The position numbers and the translations under genes were made by a program. A model generated the notes under the pieces. That model was given only the letters and a program-made list of their open reading frames with translations. It was not told the origin of the DNA and did no database searches. A DNA stretch of 64,000 nt from Azolla caroliniana (taxonomy: Eukaryota; Plantae; Polypodiophyta). The stretch is from the NCBI GenBank assembly GCA_043228905.1, contig JBHGNT010000022.1:3038001-3102000 (forward strand), read 5' to 3'. Of this stretch, positions 54,671 through 64,000 are shown piece by piece. The stretch's first letter is position 1, and the number at the start of each line of letters is the position of its first letter.

Positions 54671-55924
54671 TTGAAGACGTCCCTCTAAGTGGAAATGTTG
54701 TCATTAAGCTTTTGCTATGTGCGAACGATGTAGTGCTTTTTGCAAATATTTTAGGAGATGCGCAAAAGCTTATGAAGGCATTGGAAAAAATTTGCATGCA
54801 TACGAATTAAGTGTTAAAAGCTCTAAAACAAAGATTATACTTCTAAAGAGCCAAAAAAGAGATAAGTCATCCATTATGTACAATAATGAGCCACTTGAAT
54901 GTGTGCAAAGCTTCAAATATCTTGGCCTTGAAGTTCCTTCAAATCATAGATGGAAGGAATGTGTTACACACCGCTTAGAGGCGGGAGAGCGAGCATATTA
55001 TGCATTTGAGAACACATGCAATCGTGGAGATATGAAATGTTGGGTCCTCAAGAAATTCATTTTCAACACTTTGGTGACACTAGTGCTTCTTTATGGAGTA
55101 GAAGTATGGGGTGATAGCATCCCTAAATCTACTCGGAAAGAGTTTGAAGATATCGAAAAACATTTTCTTAAAAAGTTTCTATAAGTTCAAAAACAAACGC
55201 CATACATCCTCCTCCTTGAGATGGGATTACTTCCCATTGAGATCATAACCATGGAAAGGGTTGTTGAATACATGCCTAAGGTTCAAAAAAGTCCCTCACA
55301 TCGACTTCCTAGGATCATATGGGAAGCAAGCAAAAAAATCCAAAAGATGCATAAAAGCAAAATTTTGTGTTCCGGTTGGATGCAAGATATGAAAAAGTGG
55401 TTTGGTAGATGGGATGCAACATATTTGCTTCATGAAGCATGGCATCATTAGATTCCTCTATGAACGAGGCCTTTTTGCAACACCAATGTATCATGACATG
55501 GGAAAAATGTAGAAGCTCACGCTTCATACATTATACTACACATGCTGCACCTAACTACAAAACCATATTCTTCCCGAAACCATGAAATTGTACACATCGA
55601 TACATGTTAGCGCCCATTCTGTTGGCTTCCATTCGAACTATTGCTTCCATGCGACTAAGCTCACATGCATTGTGATGTGAGACAGGGTGTTGGGGCACAA
55701 GTGATGAGAGTGGTCCACTATGTACACTTTGCCCTAAACAAGTTCAAGAGTCCGAGTATCACACTTTGATGCAATGTTCGGCCTGTGATCATATTCGACC
55801 ATGCTTTCCACACATCTTTGACCAAGCCCAATCCTTGCACGAATTTCTCACAACCACAATGTGCATTATTGATTGCAACATTCATTGGTAAAGTTCTTGA
55901 ACATCAAGAGTCGCTACTCACTTT

Positions 55925-58900
55925 TGTTAACTCTTCGGGCCGGACAATGGCCTAACACAGGGTGTCTACGGGAGACACTTCACCAAAGGGTGTTACGGCC
56001 ACCGGATTAGACTTCAACGCTTAATCCGACTTAGTTAAGTTACTTATTAGGATCGTATTTCATAACACGCATAAGATATAACAATTAAGACAGAACGGCA
56101 ATTAACACAGAGATATAACAACGCTTAAGCTTTCATTAATTAACCGCTAACTATTACATTGTATCCGAGCCTTTAAATAGGTTTAGGGTTTACAAAACGG
56201 TGCCATCCGCACCTGTTCGGGATCGGTCCGGATCCGGAACGGCATACCGATTCCGGTCCGTCCGTCCACACTCATAGCTTAATTACAACCACATTCCTAC
56301 TACTTAATTAGCTCTCCGTTTCCCACTCTGGACTCCTTTGCCGGCCGGTAACACATGGCACGCCCGTGGGACAGTACCTTGTACGTCGAATCCACAATCG
56401 ACCCTTGCTATTCTTCGTCCAAAATGTCTAGAATGCTTTGTTCGAGAGGCTCCAATGGTTCATCTGGAAGTGGTTGTTGTTGTTGCTGTCTGCTGCAGCG
56501 GGTCCGTTGCTGGTTGTTGCGGCTGCTCCTCCGGTTGTGGCTCTGATACCGGCGTCTCCGTCGTTGCTCCCTGCGTCGTGGTGGTCTCCGGTTGACTGGT
56601 TCCCGGCTGGCCCTCAGCCGGCGACGGTTCCTCATCACTAAGGTTAACCGTTGTCGCTTCCCGTGCTTTTTCTTCCTGTACCCGGGACCGCTCGTAGCTT
56701 TCAAACTGGATTTGAGCGTCCAACCTATCATCGTCCAGCTGAGCTACGAGCTGCCTGACCTGCGCCAGCTGTTCATCTGCCAGGACTTGGAAGTCGTCGG
56801 CCAGCTCGTCCCGTATGGCGGTGAAGTCCTCGGAAGTCAACGTATAACAGTCATCTCCTTCCTTCCGCCGGTTTGCCACATCTGCCCGTAGCAACTGGAG
56901 TTCCGCCGCGTTTTGTGCCCACTTTGTCCACCATTTTACGGAGCTTTCATCAATCAAGTGCTTCGTCTGATTCAGCCATGCCCGGAGGATGGACTGAATC
57001 CGGCTCGTTCCCAATTGCGATTTGGTTTCTGCCGCTTGTCGTTCCTCCTTCAGTTGTTTGATGATTTTTGCGTTGTCCTCCGCCTGGGCCTTGTAATGCG
57101 TCAATTGCCTTTGATATGTACTTTGTAATTTCTGCAATACTGTTGACGCTCTCTCTTTGTCTTCCTGCTGCTGCCTCTGGAGCTCCATCCGGACCTTCTC
57201 CGCCTCTTCCAAGCGTCTTGTATTTTCCGCCCGTTCGTCGGCGATCGCCGCTGCGGCCCGATCAACTGCCTGCTGGAGCTCGGCCATCCGTTCTTTATGC
57301 TCTATTTCCAGCCGTTTGTAGTCCCGGTGCAGGTGCTCAAAATCATCCATCTTTTGTTTGAGTTGTGCGTTGATCTGACGACGGGCCCGGTCCTCGCGGT
57401 CCTTTTGCTGGCGGAGCTCTTCCTTTAGCCGTTCAATCTCTATTTCCGCCGTTTTCCGCAGCTTGTCCTTTTCCTGCAGCACTTTGTCTTTCTCCTTCTT
57501 TAGCCGGTCGTACGCTTGATGGCCTTTCCGAAGGCTCTCCTCTGCCCGGCAGAGGTTCTCAGCAGTCTTCTTTAATTCGGCTTCGGCCGCCGTCTTCAAT
57601 TCTCGTTCCCGGCTCCTTAGCGCTTCTTGTGCGGCAAGTTCCTCTCTCAATTCCGCAAGCTCCTGAGCTTGCGCTGCATCTCTCACCGGAACGGTTTCCG
57701 TTGTCGGGGTCTTATTCCTATGTACAGGTCGTTCCGTTTCATTATTCTGTACACTTACCGGAGTCACCGGTGATTGGATCCGTATTTTGGTCATCTCTGT
57801 CGTGACCTGATCCAAATCTTTTTCAAGGCACCGGATTCTGGACCGAGCCGTCTCTAGTTGTTCGGTTGTGACGAGCAACCGTTCGCTTTGTGCTCTTTCT
57901 TCCGCCTCTATATACCCCACTGCTCCGCCTATCTGTTCGCCTATCCACCGGAGCCACAGGCTACCGGTGCCTTGTTGTGCTTGCACGGAGGTTTGATAGA
58001 TGGGCTCACTTGTAGAGGGGTGGTCCCGCCTGGTTGCGCCGAGTTGCAGTTCCGTTTCTGCCCGTGGACCATCCTGCTGTCCTTGGTCCCCTTGCGCTAC
58101 TTCTTGGCTGACCGAGGGAGGCTGCAGTGACCTTTCCGGCTCTGGCGGGATGGGACTTGCCGGTGTTGCCGGTGGTGTCGGGGCTTTTGCTTCCGGTGCC
58201 ATCTGCACCGGTTCCGGTTCCTTCCTTGGCGTAGGAGTCTCAGTATGGGGAGCCGGTGTTCCCTCCGTCTGAGGGTCCGAACGTTTCCCGGCGGTCTCAA
58301 CGGTCCTTGCCGACGACCGTCGCTGGAGGTGCTCCGTAGGCTCCTCCTCTATTTCCTCCTCCTGAGCTCCGGCATTGAGTTTTGCCGCCAAGGGGTCCAC
58401 TTCTCGATTCACCGGTCGGCGGAGTGTGACCTTTACGGGCCGTGCCGGTGGTTCCTCCTACGCCTCCGTTGGGCGCTTCCGGCTTCCGCTTCCTGCTACC
58501 GCCTGTTCTGCATCCACCGCCTTTCCCTTACTGGCCTTAGAGGCCAACAGTTGTTGCCGTTGGGAAGCCGTCCTTGGGGTGCTGTCCGACACTCTTCCTC
58601 GCTTCTTGGGCTGGACGGTCTGAACGGGTGGCACCAGCAAGGTGAGCCACTGCGTTACGACATGCCATATCCTTCGTCCGTCTCGACCTTCTTTGCCGTC
58701 TTTGCCTCTGACGATCTCGATCGCCGCACACAACCCGTCTGCAATCAATACTGGCCAATCCACCTTGATCCCTTCATAGGTGGCGATGATCATCCCTGCC
58801 CGGTTCTGCGGCATGACAGGGGGTCTAGGGTATACGTGGCCGTATTCATGGAGCACACAAGCAATTTCGCGGAACAGCATATCTCCGCTGCCCTGTGTCC

Positions 58901-61563
58901 GGTAGCCCTTGCTGGCTAGAGAGTACTCACCAAAATACCTGATGAGTTGCTCCGGGGTTGGATTGTCGATCGTGAGTATGCCTCCCTCCGGAAGGCCTGT
59001 TAATGCTCGAATCGCCTTTGCCGTTATGACCTCTGTATCGATTTCCTTGATCACTTTGTCGGCTTCTTTGTGTGGCGGTACCTCCATCATCATCAGGAAG
59101 CCCTCGAGCCCGTGTTGCTTCAACCATGTCTTGGCGGCTTCCGACAGCGTTTGCGGGTCCATTTCTGTGTCGGGGTCGGACTGCGGTGGCGAGGATGGAT
59201 GGTGATGAGAGCGGGGTTGAGAAAGAGAGAGTTCAGAAGGCGGGGGTTCTCTGTGCGTAGGTTCTCGTCTGATGATCTTGCAGCGTTTCGGCGCTTCTGT
59301 GCTCCTGGGTTCGCGAAAATAGAGGGTCTCTACGCGCAATGGTTTTTGTCTGTGCATTCTGGCGCCTTTTTTGAGTTTGTGCATGTCGCGTACTTAAAAT
59401 AGCATTATGTCCTGTGGTGGCGCTTTAAATGCCCACTACGTACCTTTTCGCTCCACGCTCTTTCATCCATTCATTCCTCGCTTTTGCATGATTGTTTTTT
59501 TTTTTTTTTTTTTTCAGTTAGTATTATTATTAGTGTGACGTCACATGTCCGTTGGTCCTCCCGGACCCTTACCGGCCTCATTTTCTCCGGTTCCCGGCTT
59601 GCCGTCTCTGCCGTCTTGGTGGTTGCCGTCGGTCCTTTGCTCAAACGGGTTCTTAGGCATCGGTCCTCTATATGCCTGTAACCGGAATCCGTTGACCCAT
59701 TTGCCCAGCACTTCGCCGGCAAGTGTCCCCAATTGGTAGGACCCATTATACTCCCGTGTTAGCCAATATGGTCCGGTCCATCTAAACCTTAGTTTACCCG
59801 ACATTTTGCCCATCCGGGTTTGGAATACTAACACTGGTTTGCCGATTGCGAACATTTTTTCGTTACCTTTCCTGTGCCGGTCGACGAATGCTTTCCGTCG
59901 TCGTTGCTCCAATTCTAAATGTAGGATGCTGGCCAACCGTTGTTCCTCCAGCTCACACAGTGCTGTCAACTTTATTGTCTCCGACTCCTTCTCGTAGTTG
60001 GATCCGTAAGCTCGGTACTTGAAATTCTACCGGCATGACCGCCTCGAGTCCGAACGCCAACCGGAACGGTGTTGTTCGGATGCTCGTTTTGTATGCCGTC
60101 CGGTAAGCCCAAAGCGCGCTATGTAGCTTTGTGTCCCAATCCGTTCGGTTCTCGTTGACAATCTTCCGAAGGATGTTCTGGAGCGTCTTGTTTGTTGATT
60201 CCGCTAATCCGTTCGCCTGTGGATAGTAAGGTGTGCTTCGTTTGTGGACCACGGCATAGAAGGTCGTTAGGCTTTCCACTACTTGTCCGAGAAAGTGCCC
60301 CCCTTGGTCACTTATCAATTCAATGGGGCATCCGTAACGGCACCAGATGTACTCATATAGAAACTTTGCCGTTGACGCCAAACTCTGCTATCTTAGAGCG
60401 TTCTTCTTCCTCCGGTGTCAGTCGCTGGGACACATGGTTGGCTTCCCATGTCTGTTCAAAGGCGTGCACATGAGCTTCCGCGTCCAGATCATCTCTATAC
60501 TTGGAGTACTGGAACGGCATGTCGTCGTCCGGTAACGGTGCGCGGGCTGGTAGTGTTGGTGCTCGTTCCGGAATTTTCTCCGGTGTCAGTTGTTTCTCTT
60601 CCTTTGGTGACGGAGGCCTCTCCTCTTTGACTTCCGGCGTTGGAGGTCGTTCTTCCTCTGCTGGTTCCGGGGGTTCCAGCGTTAGCACTTCCGGTTCCGG
60701 TTCCGGTGTCGGTAAGGTATCCGATCCTTCGTCCTCCGGTTCGCCCGGGGTTTCGTTACTGCTACGGTAGTTCGTGTGCATGCTGTATTCCCCTTCGGAG
60801 TCTGATTCATATGCTGAAAAGGCCTCTGCTTCGCCTTCCCCGTTTGCCAACGCGTGGAGAAGGGATTCGGTTTCCCGGAGGCTGCTTAGGCTGCTGCCGT
60901 CGTCCGGGTGCGATGTTTGTTGTAACCAGTGGGAGTCCTCCGCTACTCTCCGGATTACGTTGGAAAACGAGCGATCCGCTCTAATTTCCTGCACCGCTTG
61001 CTGGAAAGCCTCGCGTCTCCTTTGCCTTTCGGCAAGGCGTCGAGTTCGATCTGTAACCAGGTCGTGCGTTGATCTAGACATCCATCCGTGCCGTCGTTCG
61101 CTGCAAAAACAGGAATCGTGGTCGCCAAAAACTGTGTTAACTCTTCGGGCCGGACAATGGCCTAACACAGGGTGTCTACGGGAGACACTTCACCAAAGGG
61201 TGTTACGGCCACCGGATTAGACTTCAACGCTTAATCCGACTTAGTTAAGTTACTTATTAGGATCGTATTTCATAACACGCGTAAGATATAACAATTAAGA
61301 CAAAACGACAATTAACACAGAGATATAACAACGCTTAAGCTTTCATTAATTAACCGCTAACTATTACATTGTATTTGGGCCTTTAAATAGGTTTAGGGTT
61401 TACAAAACGGTGCCATCCGCACCTGTTCGGGATCGGTCCGGATCTGGAACGGCATACCGATTCCGGTCCGTCCGTCCACACTCATAGCTTAATTACAACC
61501 ACATTCCTACTACTTAATTAGCTCTCCGTTTCCCACTCTGGACTCCTTTGCCGGCCGGTAACA
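55925..61563 (-). mobile_element. Non-autonomous Ty3/Gypsy (non-chromovirus-like) deletion derivative with large 3' extra ORF
   Basis: 429-bp TG...CA LTRs at 55925-56353 and 61135-61563 with ~7 transitions by eye. TSD ACTTT at 55920-55924 and 61564-61568. PBS TGGCGACCAC at ~61118-61127 is consistent with tRNA-Arg. The gag fragment (61168-60380) is joined to the integrase core (ISDQG..YYPQANGLAE) and GPY motif. Confidence 0.93.
56460..59384 (-). CDS. Gypsy-borne accessory ORF, ~975 codons with one in-frame TAG (58460-58458); globular N-terminus, Pro/Thr linker, long coiled coil
   Basis: ORFs 58458-59384 and 56460-58412 are in the same frame and the 15 codons between them are open. The C-terminal half is E/K/R/Q/L/A-rich and heptad-like, with no obvious transmembrane helix. 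Confidence 0.75.
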
Positions 61564-63592
61564 ACTTTCACGTATCACGTGAAATGTAACATTTTTGGTC
61601 TCATAGGTCATATTTGACCTCCGAAGACGATAATATAATATAATCTATCTATCTATCTATCTCTGTGTAACAATCTTCAACTTATTCTCCACTTTGTTGC
61701 ATAATGAACTGATCTTTTTCTCCTATTGCTTCTTGTTGTTGTTTGTCTAACTCATTAACAGATCCTACTTGCTTCCTGCAACTAGTTGGCTCTCCAACAG
61801 TAGCCGCCAAGTAAGACAACCTTATTGTCATCAATAACAATTAGACAACAAACAAAATCTTAGGGTCGCGTATCAAGAGGACATGTGGGAGGTCTACAAT
61901 GACTAAGGTGATATTGACATCAATTTATAGACTCGCCCCACCAAAACTTAAGGATATCCCCCCTGTATTATTTTATGATTTATCCTTATAACGGAGGTCA
62001 TATATCACAATGGGCTATTTTGACTCATTTTGTCAAAACCTAATGTAAATATGAAGGGATTTATAACCATCATTCCCCTATAATCTATTTGCCAAAATCA
62101 TTTCCAAAGGTGGCTTTTAATTCATGGGTGGTCTTTTGCTCGATGAAAGAAACAAGGGGGGGAGGGAAAGACAAATTTCCACCAGGTTGAACCATTCAGC
62201 TTGATGAGGTATTTTGGCATGGCTCACTAGGAGGGAGAACATTTGTTTCCTTGTGGAACTTGTGATATGCACTTTTGTGTGTATGCCAAGTGGGCCACTC
62301 ATTGTCCACTACAGTTCACACATTGGTGATGCCATCCCCTATTGAGTTGCATGGATCAACCAAATGGTGCATCTAAATCCATGAAAAATATCGATCTGGA
62401 ACATATGACATACTCATCAAACTGCGGCTCTGTATGGCAAAACATGCATTTTCTTTGCTCAAGATGTACCTTCCCATACCTACTATCTCCTCTCATTGAG
62501 GTGTATATCAACTAAATAGTGCCTCTTTAATCCATGAGATAGATGGAAATCCATTTATCTAGAGTGCAGTATAAACCTCATCCTCAATGTTATGGAAATG
62601 AAGGTTTTGATAGAAGGCTCTTCATACATGACTTTTCGATTAGGTTCTAGTCTCCAACTAAGTAGACATGGTTGTGTCCTTCTGGAACCTGTAGAGAAAA
62701 CTCTTTCCATGTAATCATGAGGGAATCATTCCTCACCCATCATTGGTTTCCTTTTTCTCCACTGTCCAAACTATGGGTTTTATCTATTTCTTTGTTATCC
62801 ACTACTCAGATTTCCACATTTATTTTCGGGTACAAGTATGTTTGATTTTGGTTTAATTTGGAAAGAAAGAGATTTGGCAAATAGGCCAAATAATAATGAC
62901 AAGGGGGGAAAATAATAATAATAATATCCACTCCATCACACAATCAACATCCCTGAGGCATCACCCTTCTCTTTTCAAAGCCTTTTAAGATTTCTTTTAA
63001 CTAAAATTTTTGCACATACAGACGTAGTATACATAAACCTAATGGTTTGTACAAACTATTGAACCCTCAAGATCAAGAGCCTCTCGTTGGGACACCATAT
63101 AATCTACAACAAGCTTCTAAATCATTCTATGGGCAATATAACAAAAAACTTACACACTGGAAATAAATTGAAGCAATAACATAGTCAAAAATATATTTAC
63201 ATTACACCCATGCTGAAAAACAACCCTTTCTTTTCGCTATATATTTTTTCTTAATCCCTTAACAGTTCTACGTGTGGAGGACAGATAGCATTTGGTCTGG
63301 AGAAAGAAAACAATGATTAACTTGTTCCTTAACATTTTAACTAAGAAACTGTCGTCATTATACATTCCAGCCTTTTTCAATGGCTCAAATTGCTGATTAA
63401 AAATGTTACCTTCCATTCCACAAAGTTGTGAAAAAAACTTCGAAAAATCATCTCTAGATAGGGATTGTTTCTCTCTCTTATCATTTTGTTTTCTCCAAGG
63501 AATGAAAGCTTTTACTTCAAAATCCACTCCATACTACATCTCATTTGATATACAAAGTGTATATAATAATCCACCCGAATATATTATTACAT

Positions 63593-64000
63593 TTACCCGA
63601 ATCCTCTGCCTCCACCACCTACCAGAACAACGTATATATACATTCAAGTTAGCAAATTCATACATTTATATTTAGGGCAATTTTGACAAAAAAGTGCATA
63701 TAAAAATACAAAAGAAAGAGAGAGAAACCTCTTCCTCCACCCCTTGCAGCACCTCGGCCACCTCTGCCACCACCACCCCTTCCAGTTTCATTGCGAAAAC
63801 CACCACCTCTCCCACCTTCTTCTTCACCTCTGCCTCTCCCACGCCCACGACCTCCCACAGGTGGTTTCCTATCTGACAGTCATTTACATGCCATATCACA
63901 AACTCTTTTCATCATCCATCCAAACACATAAATAACAATACTTGCATTTCTTTCATTATAACTCGTACTTACCAGCTCTCCTCACAGGCTCTTCTTGAAC
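63593..64000 (-). CDS. LSM4: Sm-like protein LSM4, 3' exons (gene continues beyond the window)
   Basis: Exons 64000-63973, 63872-63729 and 63618-63593 splice in frame to VQEEPVRRADRKPPVGGRGRGRGR...GGGGRGFG*. This matches the plant LSM4 C-terminus (VQEE..R.DRKPP..GRGRG). Confidence 0.85.

Larger units (their letters stand above)
54671..61662 (+). mobile_element. 5'-truncated RTEX-like LINE, interrupted by the Gypsy at 55925-61563
   Basis: RT C-terminus LLLCANDVVL, SKTKII, VQSFKYLG, LLYGVEVWG, and C-terminal RLSSHAL.CETG.W..CTLC..ESEYHTLMQC. The sequence resumes after the TSD at 61564, with a hairpin aggtca-tatt-tgacct (61605-61620) and a (TAATA)/(ATCT)n tail. The clade is inferred from motif resemblance. 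Confidence 0.75.

Noticed and set aside
43145-61220. Many 60-260 aa antisense and alternative-frame ORFs
   Set aside because: These are shadow ORFs expected from GC-rich retroelement coding DNA, with no motifs.
62100-62760. Possible degraded Gypsy gag on the minus strand
   Set aside because: Too decayed to support by eye.

Overview
Eukaryotic land-plant nuclear DNA: AT-rich, CpG-poor host sequence with GT-AG introns. A seed-free plant such as a fern is an inference from the TE content only. Four host genes were reconstructed by hand. They are a 20-exon group II-like fatty acid amide hydrolase (+, 16163-22074, 603 aa), a convergent 2-exon RPA1/RPA70 (-, 27320-24434, 668 aa), a 10-exon lambda-class GST (-, 39302-34726, 238 aa) and the last three exons of LSM4 (-, 64000-63593). 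The rest is mostly retrotransposon. This includes several LINE relics, a degenerate TA...CA Copia and a ~20-kb nested stack (41.6-61.7 kb). The stack holds an intact young Tork/Tto1-like Copia with apparently identical LTRs, a second Copia with a doubled PPT and extended ORF, an RTEX-like LINE, and a non-autonomous Gypsy. The Gypsy has lost PR-RT-RH but keeps a ~975-codon accessory coiled-coil ORF. The best leads are that accessory ORF, strong CCGG enrichment in two unrelated young elements, and a possible alternative first exon of the GSTL gene. All counts and alignments were made by eye.
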